Origin: Octopus sinensis
Taxonomy: Eukaryota
NCBI RefSeq assembly: GCF_006345805.1
Contig: NC_043014.1
Span: 24,242,001-24,306,000 of the forward strand
Reading direction: 5' to 3'
DNA: 64,000 nt
Part shown: positions 1 to 10,717 of the stretch, piece after piece
Layout: each line of letters opens with the position of its first letter
How positions within the stretch are numbered: position 1 is the first letter of the stretch
The notes under the pieces: model-generated
Told to the model about the DNA's origin: nothing
The model's database searches: none
Seen by the model: the letters and a program-made list of their open reading frames with translations, nothing else
Position numbers and translations under genes: made by a program

Positions 1-239
1 GTTTCAGGTAACAAAAGTCTTTAATACAAGGGATGTAACTCACTTAATCCAGCTGTTAAATCTAGAGATATTAAACCATAGCAAGGGAAATAACTCTTTA
101 AAACTCTGTATTTCCCTCCCTTTGTTATGTATCACACCTCAATACTGTACCGGACCAATTTATCCAATTTAGGACCGGAACTGTCCCAGATTTCTGGATT
201 TTCCAGTTTCCCAGAGAATTTCTAAACATTTGCTTAAAA

Positions 240-540
240 TCTCTATATCTATAAATGGCAAAATTTCTGTTTTTTGATCGGACGGAGATAATTTTACACC
301 TGACAGGTGGGTGCACGTGTGCATTTGCAGACAGTCTGTATGACTCTGCACATTTTTGTGTTTTGCGAAGACGCGTTATCATGTGTTTTGGCTTTCAAAC
401 GTGCAAGCTTTTTTGATTTGAGAAATGCAGGGAATAATTAATGAGTTAGACCAAGTTAATGACAAGAGAGAGGGATTTTCATGAAAGACAAAATATGCTT
501 GACTAGCACTAGACCTGACAACGTCGGGTCATAGTGCTAG
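240..540 (+). mobile_element. Non-autonomous mini-Helitron (~300 bp)
   Basis: Inserted between A and T; starts TC(TCTATATCTATAAATGGC) and ends CTAG; subterminal hairpin GACCTGAC-AAC-GTCGGGTC at 512-530. Confidence 0.75.
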
Positions 541-1061
541 TTCTATAATAAGGAGTGATATTCCAGCAATCTGTTTAATATACAGGACACATCACTTGAC
601 CTAAGTGTGATCTGATCCTGATTACTGAAGCTATAAAGTTTCAATTCTAAGCCTTGCACTAATTCTTTGTGGGAAAGAAGCTGTTAACAACCCTATTATT
701 ACACTAAAAACAAGAACATTCATTTTTTAACTAACTAGAGATTGCAACCAAATCTTCCTCAAAAATTACCCTATGCTCTATAAAGGGTGCTGATATTTGT
801 TATTAAAACACCCACCTAACCACAGATATCTCCCCCACAATTCATGTTCACTCCACACTACATTATTTGTTGTCAGCTCATTTTCTTCCCCTGAAATATT
901 TTAAAACTATGATTCCACCCTGATATCTTTATTATTAAATCTCTCCTGTTTAGCTTGTAAAATTCTAAAATATCAGACAACCTTTTTTGTTAATTGACCA
1001 TAATTTATCTACATCATTAATTGTTTTATTTTCTGTGATTAATTTGTTACCTATCTTCTAG

Positions 1062-1174
1062 GCTAAAGGCTATGATACTTCTCAGCATATACTAGCTTGT
1101 TTTGGTGGTGCAGGAGCTCAACATGCCTGTTCCATTGCTCAGTCACTGGGTATTTCAGAAATCTTCATACACAA
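1062..1174 (+). CDS. OPLAH: OPLAH exon (first in window), [37 protein letters not shown](K)
   Basis: tag acceptor 1059-1061, GTAAAT donor at 1175; 113 nt; FGGAG motif. Confidence 0.95.
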
Positions 1175-1667
1175 GTAAATATAAATTCTTCATTTTACTT
1201 TTTTACTGGTCTCTGTCATTAGTGCAGACCTATGTAAGGACATAACTTTCAAGAGTATACTGGTACCTATTTTTTAAGAATTTTAACATCATATATTCCT
1301 TTCACATCATCATCATTAGCAGCATTATCATCTTTTTCTTTAACAACTGATTCTTTAATGAGTATAAGCACCATTTGACATTGCTTGCTTCCCTTCCTTC
1401 TAATTGCTGTTGAACACAACAAGCAACTATGTAAGATCAGCAGCAGCAATCAGTTTTCATTCCTAAATACGTGGCACAAACAGTAGCATCAGTAATGTTT
1501 CATTACCAATGCTACTTAACTCCAATAGACATGACAGCCCCTTGTAACTCTTGTCAGAAATGCAACAATCCACTGGTTACCCATTTAAACCTCTAATGAA
1601 CAATGCTATTGTTCACAAATTGCAATATAAAGTTGAATTAAAAAATAAATATGAACTGGCATATTAA

Positions 1668-2736
1668 CCCTTTCGTTACCAAACCGCCTGAAAAAAATTT
1701 TGGTTAATGTGACTAAACCGCCCAAAGCCGCCCGAATTTACCTATTCATATTTAAATGAGAATATCAGAGCGAATCTCTTTAGTACATTCGTGAAAATAC
1801 GTATTATACTTCGTAAAGAGTTCAACTACAGTTTTGTACAAAAATCGAAGTGTAATTTTAATTCCGTGAATTTTGGGAGATTTTTTTCCGAAATTTGTTC
1901 CTATTGTGTTTTCAAAATTTGTAATTTGTAATGGATACTAATTTCATTATATCAAGCAGCAAGTCAGAATTCGAAGGATTTGTTACTGAAGACCTTCATA
2001 AATCTAACTCTATGACTGAAAAAAAAAGCATGTGGTATTTGATAATGAATCTGATGTTTCATTTTCCGAAAGTGAAAACAGTGAATCCAAGAGCTCCGAC
2101 AGCGATAAGGAAAATGAATTGGCACCTGAATGGAGTGAAAATTTAAAAACTGTTTCTTTCAGTGATTTTTCTGAAGAAGCTGGACCAAGCCACAGACTTT
2201 CCCAGAAGAGTAAAGCCTTAGACTATTTCTTTTTACTTTTTCGAATGAGCCTATTTGAAATCATTACGGCGGAAACGAACCGTTACGCTAAACGTAAACA
2301 AAGCAAAAGAAAGGATTGTTAGTGGTTTCCCACAACCTTAAATGAAATTAAGACTATTTTGCCATAAATATTATTATGGGTATCAGAAAGTTACCCAGAA
2401 TAACAAATTCTATCGTAAAATTTTGTTGTATACCCAATTGAATATTAGCTAATAACCCATTTTCTATAGCGATGTTTGAACAAAATTTTAATAATTTTAT
2501 ATTTTGTTGAATTTACCTGTATCTACCTGCAATTAGAGTCACTTTGTAACAAAAATTATAGTATAGAATTGGTTGAGAACCTTTCATTAAATTATCTTCC
2601 AAAATTTACATTAATATATTGATAAATAAAAAAGATATAGTTGTTTAATGAAACCAGAATAAATTTATGATTATGTTAGAAATTAATTGAAACACATAAG
2701 GGGTGTATTTTGGTCAGAAATATAGTAACGAAAGGG
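1668..2736 (+). mobile_element. Internally deleted piggyBac element
   Basis: TTAA on both sides; 12-bp TIR CCCTTTCGTTAC/GTAACGAAAGGG; ORF 2032-2322 has an acidic N-terminus and the LDYFFLLF...ITAETNRYA motif of piggyBac transposases. Confidence 0.9.
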
Positions 2737-2947
2737 TTAAATATTCTGACCGTAGACAATTTCATGACACACTTGTGTTAATCTCAATGCATATAGGTTA
2801 GAAACATTGGCTTCATATTTGATTGTCAGGTAATGGAACGAGCTAGAAAAGTTTTTGCAACAGAAATTTGCTGACACCTAAGTAGGATTGTCATCATCAT
2901 CTTTGTTGTTAATGGTGTGTTTTTTTTTTGTTCCTTTTCTTGTATAG

Positions 2948-3036
2948 GTTTTCAGCAATACTTTCAGCATATGGAATGGCACTAGCTGATGTAGTCCATG
3001 AAGAGCAAGTTCCTTGTGCCAGTATTTATGAACCAG
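2948..3036 (+). CDS. OPLAH: OPLAH exon 2, FSAILSAYGMALADVVHEEQVPCASIYEP
   Basis: tag acceptor, GTAAGG donor at 3037; 89 nt; phase compatible with both neighbours. Confidence 0.95.
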
Positions 3037-3254
3037 GTAAGGTATTTTGCATTTAATTATCTTATGTCTGTCTTCATTTGTCATTTTGTTTCAGTATTTT
3101 CCCTCATCAGTGTAGCTTTGCAAGTTTATCTTAATTTCTCTAATTAATTTAAACTCATAAATTTATTGAGTCATCTTAAATACTCACTACAAAAAAAAAT
3201 CTCTGAAAATAACTCTTCCTTGCATTCATTACACTGACATTTGCTTTGGAGAGG

Positions 3255-3650
3255 TTTGTGTAGCAACAGCTACACACTAGATACAACAATAGCTACATGA
3301 ACACTACAAATGTTACTGTTGCCACAAACTATGGATTTCTCAACATTGCACCCTTTTGATGGTACCATAACTACACTATGGATATAACAATAGCTGCATA
3401 CTATAGAGGTAATAATAACTGCATGCTAGATGTAATGACAGCTACATGTTATTGATCTAGTGCTAGCAATATTCTATCATAGTTACACACTAGATATGTT
3501 GTAATGGTTGCATACTGTAAATATAACAACAGCTGCACACTATTGATAGTACAATATCTGTACGCTTTAAATTTTAACAACAGCTGCACATTATAAACAC
3601 AGCCATAGCTTCACACTAATGTAGAAACAACTACATGCTATACATGTGAA
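3255..3650. repeat. Degenerate minisatellite, unit roughly 22-24 bp (ACAAYAGCTRCACACTAGATRT-like)
   Basis: Recurrent AGCTGCA/AGCTACA...ACTAGAT motifs at near-regular spacing. Confidence 0.6.
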
Positions 3651-3799
3651 ACTGGTGATCATTTGTCATTCGAAAAGATAGTTAAAGAAGAGAAATACTG
3701 GATCTAAAACTTCAGAACTTCCCCTTCATCTGCAGATGAGGAAAAGATGTAAAAGTAGTGCTGATGCTTATGATGGAGACAAATAAAGTTAGGCACCTC

Positions 3800-3975
3800 C
3801 AGTTGAACACCACCACTAACAACATTACTGTCACTGCTACCATTTTTATCATCCATACCATCATCGCTGCTATTCCTATCATCTTCACTATCATCACCAC
3901 CACAATCATTATCATCATTATTGTCATTTTCACTACTACTACAATCATCCTTATCATCATCAACATCACTATCAG
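3800..3975. repeat. Imperfect (CAT/CAC/TAT)n trinucleotide tract upstream of exon 3
   Basis: Direct reading. Confidence 0.85.
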
Positions 3976-4059
3976 ATTAATTTATTTTTTCTTTTCAATA
4001 TCATATTACTTCATTTTCTCTACTTTCACTTTATTATTTCTTTTAAACTATTATTTCAG

Positions 4060-4141
4060 CTACAATTTCTTCCATTGATCAACAAATAATGACTTTGATA
4101 CAGAAATGTAAAGATGCCCTAAAGAAACAAGGATTTACTGA
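4060..4141 (+). CDS. OPLAH: OPLAH exon 3, TISSIDQQIMTLIQKCKDALKKQGFT
   Basis: cag acceptor, GTATGT donor at 4142; 82 nt; phase fits; aligns to the recalled C..AL..QGF segment. Confidence 0.9.
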
Positions 4142-4426
4142 GTATGTCCAGTTATAAATATTATTCCCTATCATTTGCTTTTATCAGTTCCTTCTTGTAA
4201 AATATTCTTCCTATTCTATAAAATAACAGCATTATGGTACTAGAGAAGATAGCAAAATAGTTGTTATTGTTAAGCTCCAGATCAGCTGCTCGAGAAAGAT
4301 ATTTTAACCAAAACAATACAATAGTGTTGCAAAATCTCTTTAATATCTTTCCTAGCACTAGACTTTATGATACAAACACAGAGCAAGAAGTAAGTGCCAG
4401 TTCATAGGAGTCAAAGGCTTTCTTTC

Positions 4427-4428
4427 AT

Positions 4429-4459
<31 letters not shown>

Positions 4460-4466
4460 TATATAT

Positions 4467-4563
<97 letters not shown>

Positions 4564-4664
4564 ANNNNNNNNNNNNNNNNNNNNNNNNNNNNNNNNNNNN
4601 NNNNNNNNNNNNNNNNNNNNNNNNNNNNNNNNNNNNNNNNNNNNNNNNNNNNNNNNNNNNNNNN
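4427..4664. other. (TA)n microsatellite running into a 100-N assembly gap (4565-4664)
   Basis: Direct reading. Confidence 0.98.
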
Positions 4665-4665
4665 A

Positions 4666-6712
4666 ATATATTTTAATCTCTTGAGCCTTTCCCAGTAGCT
4701 TACATTCTGCATAGAGGCTATCTCTTCATGTAGCTACGTTGGATCGCCTCGAGCTCTGTGATCAACTTGACACTGGATGGTGACCATAACTGAGAGCAGT
4801 AGTCAAAGTGGCCTAGGACAAGTGTCCTCCAGAGGACCATCATGGTTTCTTGTTCTCTTGTTCTAAAGGTTCTGAGGATCCATCCGGCCAGTCGTCTACA
4901 TTTCATTGCCAATTTAGCAACATGTACACGAAAGGTCGCGTCATCACTCATGTAAATACCTAGGTCACGCACTGATTGTGCCTCTGGGATTGCTATTCCT
5001 CCGGGTCCAGTGTCATTCATTGGTATTGCATTTCGTTTTGCATGCTGATAGTATAGAGCTTGAAACTTTTCAGCATTGAACTGCATGCTATTCTTTTCGG
5101 CCCACTTGTATATTTTGTCTAGCTCACATTGCAGGTTTTAGTGTCCTCAGGGTTCTGTATTGCCTGTGAAACTTTTGTATCATCTGCATAACTTGTGATC
5201 GTGGCTCTCTGCGTGGCTGAGGGCATGTCTGAGGGCCATTATGAACAGTAGTGGTCCCAGAACAGTGCCCTGTGGAACCCCGCTCACTATTTGCGTGTTA
5301 ATGGAAGTGGCCCCATTGGCCACTACCACCTGACTTCTATCTTTCAGAAAGTCATGAAGCCATTCTCCCAGTTTTCCAACTATGTTGAGATCACGCAGTT
5401 TGTGACATATCATTCCATGATCGACTTTATCAAAGGCCTTTGCGAAGTCGAGATATATGACTTCACATTTGAGTGGTTGAGCAGCCGTTTCAGCACCCAG
5501 TCATAGTGTTGTAGGAGCTGAGTTAAACAGCTTCTCCCTGGTGGGAAACCATGGTGGGTGTCGGGCAGCAAGTCATTCTCTCAAGGAAGGTGATCAGCTT
5601 CCTTCTGACTATTCGTTCCATGACCTTGCTGATGTGTGAGGTCAGAGAGATAGGTCTACAGTTCTTGGCTTCCGCTCTGCTACCTCCTTTATGAATGGGG
5701 CATATTTTACCTTCCTTCAGTTTTCTTGGGAGTTTGCCAGCTGCAAGGAAGCTCTGAAAGAGGAACTGCAGTGGTCTTGCTAGGACTCTCTTACATGCTT
5801 TTAGGAGGATTGCCGGGAATCCATCGGGGCAGTAGCTGAGTCTGTTTTCATTTCATCTATAGCCTTGATTACATCGTCTTCCTTTATATCGATGTAATCT
5901 ATCGTCGCCGCCTCTGATTTTATATCTGCAGTGGTAAAAAAGTCAGTTGGATTGGTGATTTGGAGATGCCCAAGGGGTGGAGTGAAAACACTCTTGAATT
6001 GCTCATTCAGTATTTCACTTACCCTCATTGGTTTTCCTGTAAGTGTGCCATCCTTTTCGAGGAGTGGCCCTATTCTACAGTGCACCGTAGCTGTTTCTTT
6101 GGCATACCTGTAGAAAGCTCTGGGGTAGATTTTAGTTGTCTATAGCCAGGCTTCTTTGTCTGCTCTTTCCTTTTCATGGGAGAGTTGCAGACATTTTTCG
6201 ATTTCCAACAGTTTTATTTTTAGGCGGGACTTTTCACTGCTTTCAATCTGTTTGTTTAGGCGATTTGAAAATTTTGTACGCCGTCTCATTAAAATTTTCT
6301 CTTTCGGGGATTTTGTTCTTGTGTACAGTGGCCTTTCTCTCTGGGACACATTTGTAGCATATGGCTTGCATTACAGACATGAATTGTTGAAGTTTCACGT
6401 CGATGTCTGGCGAGGAGAGACATTTAGGCCAGTTTTGTTTGAGGATCTCTTTCTCAATTTGTTTCCAGTTTGCCTTATGGTAGTTCAAGCTGGAAAGACT
6501 CTGAGGGTTTCTTGTAGGCTGCATGTCCGTGCTCTCTTTTGGCGCGTACATGGTCAGCTCTATCATGTTGTGATCCGAGAGTAGTGTCGGTGTCACTTTC
6601 ACATTATGGATGAGATCCATGTCATTTGTGAAGCAGAGATCCAGTGTGTTACCTGCCCTGGTTGGTTGGAGTATTACCTGCTCCATGTACAGGGTGTTGA
6701 TGAGGTTACACA
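4666..6712 (-). mobile_element. Decayed CR1-group LINE ORF2 (APE endonuclease end through RT C-terminus), frameshifted
   Basis: ORF pieces TRAGNTLDLCFTN...SDHN (APE), SGVPQGTVLGPLLF and VRDLGIYM...DYCSQLWSP (RT). Confidence 0.92.
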
Positions 6713-6878
6713 TATGTATATATATATGTATATACATATGTATTTACACATATGTATCAGCCGAAATTGCTAAGATGACTGATGACTGAGGGCTTCGAAT
6801 GTCCCGTCCTGTGGTTCTTGTGTCGTCTCTGTGGTGTTTCATGTTCTTGTCCATGTCTGTAATTATTTTTACTGTTTA

Positions 6879-6914
<36 letters not shown>

Positions 6915-6917
<3 letters not shown>

Positions 6918-7780
6918 TCATCATCATCGTTTAACGTCCGTTCTCCATGCTAGCATGGGTTGGACGGTTCGACCGGGGATCTGGGAAGCCAGAAGGCTGC
7001 ACCAGGCTCCAGTCTTATCTGGCAATTTTTCTACAGCTGGATGCCCTTCCTAACGTCAACCACTCCGTGAGTGTAGTGGGTGCGTTTTACGTGCCACCTG
7101 CACAGGTGCCAGGCGAGGCTAGCAACGGCCACGGTCGGATTGGTGTATTTTATGTGTCACCGGCACGGAAGCCAGTCGAGGCGGCGCTGGCATCAGCCAC
7201 GAGTCGGATAGTGCTTTTTTCGTACCACCAGACCAGGGATCCTGGCTGGTGTAATTCGATTTCGCTTTCGCTTGTCCCAACATGTCTTCGCATGGGTGCC
7301 TGTCGTACGGTTGGATTGGTGTATTTTACGTGCCACCAGCACGGAAGCCAGTGGAGGCGGCGCTGGCATCGGGCACGAGTCGGATAGTGCTTTTACGTAC
7401 CACCAGACCAGGGATCCTGGCTGGTTCAATTCGATTTCGATTTCGCTTGCCCCAACATGTCTTCGCAAGACAAGAGGGTTGGCATGGGTGCCTGTCGTCG
7501 GATGAGGTTCTATATCGACTTCGCTTACCTCAACAGGTCTTTGTGTCCAAGGGAGGAAAGGCATTCATAAGTGGACTGGGCTCACTTGTCCTGCCTGGTC
7601 TTCTCACGTACAGCATATTTCCAGAGGTCTTGGTCGCTGGTCATTTCCTCAGTGAGGCCTAAAGTTCGAAGGTCATGCTTCACCACCTTGTCCCAGGTTT
7701 TCTTGGGTCTACCTCTTCCACGGGCTCCCTCAACTGCTAGGGATTGGCACTTTCTCACACACCTATCTTCATCCATTCTC

Positions 7781-7785
<5 letters not shown>
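6915..7785 (-). mobile_element. 5'-truncated RTE LINE (ORF2 tail plus repeat-rich 3'UTR and (GAT)n tail) inside a (TA)n tract
   Basis: ORF 7582-7785 RGRGRPKKTWDKVVKHDL; (CAT)n at 6916; ~176-bp internal tandem duplication starting at 7137 and 7313. Confidence 0.9.
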
Positions 7786-7843
<58 letters not shown>

Positions 7844-8077
7844 TGAATTCTTTGTAAAAGAGTGTGGAGATGGTAGATGTGGGATCTGCAGTAACCTCAC
7901 CTACAAATACATAGAGGGAGACAACCAAATGAAATTTAAGTGTGGTCACATATTCAAAGTAAATGCAGATATGATATATGATGTATAAAAACAGTAATAT
8001 ACAAACAAATATCTGTAAATATAAAATACCTGTACATCATCTCCAAACCTTCTAATATATATATATATACACACATG

Positions 8078-8155
<78 letters not shown>

Positions 8156-8227
8156 TACACACACATGTGTGTATATATATATATACACACATGTATATAT
8201 ATATATACATATATAAACACACATGTG

Positions 8228-8258
<31 letters not shown>

Positions 8259-8461
8259 ATATATATATATACACACACACACACAAGTATATATATATAT
8301 ATATATATACACACACATGTATATATATATATATATATACATACACATACATGTTTATATATATATATATATACATACACATACATGTTTATATATATAT
8401 ATATATATAACACACATGTATATATATATATATATATATATTATACACACATGTATATATA

Positions 8462-8500
<39 letters not shown>

Positions 8501-8574
8501 TACACACACATGTGTGTATATATATATATATACACACATGTATATATATATATACATATATAAACACACATGTG

Positions 8575-8634
<60 letters not shown>

Positions 8635-8740
8635 AGTATATATATATATATATATACACACACACATACATATGTATATATATATATAATACACACATAC
8701 ATGTTTATATATATATATATTATACATACACATACATGTT

Positions 8741-8772
<32 letters not shown>

Positions 8773-8800
8773 TACATATGTATATATATATATATATATT
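7786..8800. repeat. Compound (TA)n/(CA)n microsatellite field
   Basis: Direct reading; source of the YIYIY-type pseudo-ORFs. Confidence 0.97.
7843..8052 (+). mobile_element. Probable Penelope-like fragment (Cys-rich region upstream of GIY-YIG)
   Basis: Translates CGDGRCGICSNL...[13 protein letters not shown], resembling the PLE zinc-binding linker. Confidence 0.45.
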
Positions 8801-9473
8801 TTGAAGCATAGTTATGTAGATAAGATTTAGCAACACGAAAAAGCATCGAGCTGTAAATGAATACTTTGATTCAATATTTGCCTAATCAGTTGTTAGCATG
8901 GAAAAAATAGACATAAAATAAGTGAACAAATGAAAGAAAAGTTTGACAGTGTCCTCAACATTTTATTGTTCATAAAGTGTCCAGAAACTTTACAACCTTT
9001 AGAATCTAATGAAACCAATGAACAGTGAAACTTCAAAGTCACCTTTCTCATGTGTGTGTGTGTGTGTGTGTGTGTGTGATAGGTGGATAAGTGGGAATTG
9101 TATATGAGAGAGAAAGATAAAGACAATATGGACTTGTGCACAGTTTCTATCTACCAAATTTCACACATAAAGCATTGGTCAACCTGAAGCTATGGCAAAA
9201 ACCACGTGCCCAAGGTACTGTGCTGTGGGATTGAACCCAAAATCACAGTCACAAAACAAAGTTCTTAACCACATAAGCATGCAAAAAATTAAAAATATAT
9301 AATTCGTCCACATTTCTGCACTATACAATGCCTAACTTCTTGCAATTATTCAGTTTTTAATACCTAAATATAATATTTGTGTGATAAATGAATATCTATA
9401 TGTTTAATGCACAAATTATTTTTCATTTTTGGATTTGGTTTGCAAGATTCTTTAAATGAGTTCATGTGTTGAA

Positions 9474-9676
9474 GCATATTCTGTTGTGTCTAGGGAGAGT
9501 CATTTTCTTTTTGTGCCTTATAATGTAACACACTCATTTCCACTTATTTCTCTTTTTCTTTTTTCTTTTTTTTATTTTGTATTTTTTAATAAATAAGTGG
9601 AAATTCAACTGGTGAGTGTGTTACATTATAAGGCACAAAAAGAAAATGACTCTCCCCAGATACAACAGAATAATGC
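9474..9676. repeat. Inverted repeat (~75-bp arms, T-rich spacer) just upstream of exon 4
   Basis: TATTCTGTTGTGTCTAGGGAGAGTCATTTTC...CACTCA is mirrored at 9591-9676. Confidence 0.9.
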
Positions 9677-9749
9677 ATAAATGTTGTACTTAATGTTTAA
9701 CATATTATACGTGTATGTAGTGAGAAAATAATGAGTTATTTCTTACCAG

Positions 9750-9887
9750 AGATCAAATTTCTACCCAACCATTTCTACACATGCGTTATGAGGGCACAGA
9801 CTGTGCATTAATGTGTTCCATGGAAGACTTCCCTCAGCACAAAAGCAGCAGTCAATATGGAGATTTTAAACAATCATTTCTAAGCCG
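9750..9887 (+). CDS. OPLAH: OPLAH exon 4, DQISTQPFLHMRYEGTDCALMCS...YGDFKQSFLSR
   Basis: cag acceptor, GTGAGT donor at 9888; 138 nt. Confidence 0.95.
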
Positions 9888-10717
9888 GTGAGTTTTTTTC
9901 TTATCACTGTCAATATTCAGTTTTAATACTTTTGCCAGCATGTTTATGTTGAAATACACTGCCTATATTTTAGTTAAATTTGAAAATATGAAGAATTTAG
10001 TAAAATAATTTTGTCTTTATTAAGCTTGTGTTTGCAACATAACATGAAGTTTTGATGGAACATTAAAATAGGAAGTTTGTTTCACAGAAGCAGGAACAAT
10101 CTTGGCAGATCAGTATCAAGCAGGTTAAAGCAAACACCCAGGCACAATCTACTACATACAAACCTTTTCATAGTTATCTTCATAATTCTGTACCCCTTCC
10201 TTGTTTTGAAAAACCTGACGTATATTTTTATATATATATATATATATACATGTGTGTATATCTGTGAATGCATATCTGTGTGTGCATACATTTGTGTGTA
10301 TTCATATATGTATATGTACATGCCCATACATACATACTTACATATCATACATAACATATATACGTGTGTGCATGCAAACAAACAGACAGACAGACAGCTC
10401 AAGTAATATTATGAAGAGGAGACAAACAAACAAATAGTACATAGTGTCAGTTTAGCCAAAACAGAACACAACTGAAAAAGCTTAGAATTATAAAGTGTAA
10501 AAACAACAAAGAAGTGTATGATAAAGATAAATATGCCAGTGTGGAGAAAAACAAGAGAATCTAACGTTTCGGATGATACTCTCTATCAAAGAGAAGAAAA
10601 GTGATTAAGAAAAGCAGAAGAAAAAAAATTAAATATATGATACTGAATTTAATATGCCTGTTTACCTGGCAAGTTTGTGGAGAATGTCTTGTGTGTATGT
10701 TTGCATATCAAAATATA

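Noticed and set aside
3712-4078. Ile/Thr- and Met/Val-rich ORFs resembling membrane proteins
   Set aside because: Produced by the (CAT/CAC)n tract.
7946-8846. Many long ORFs of YIYIY/CVCV type (also near 4428-4712, 62009-62306, 62848-63239)
   Set aside because: They are translations of (TA)n/(CA)n microsatellites, which lack stop codons; no coding evidence.
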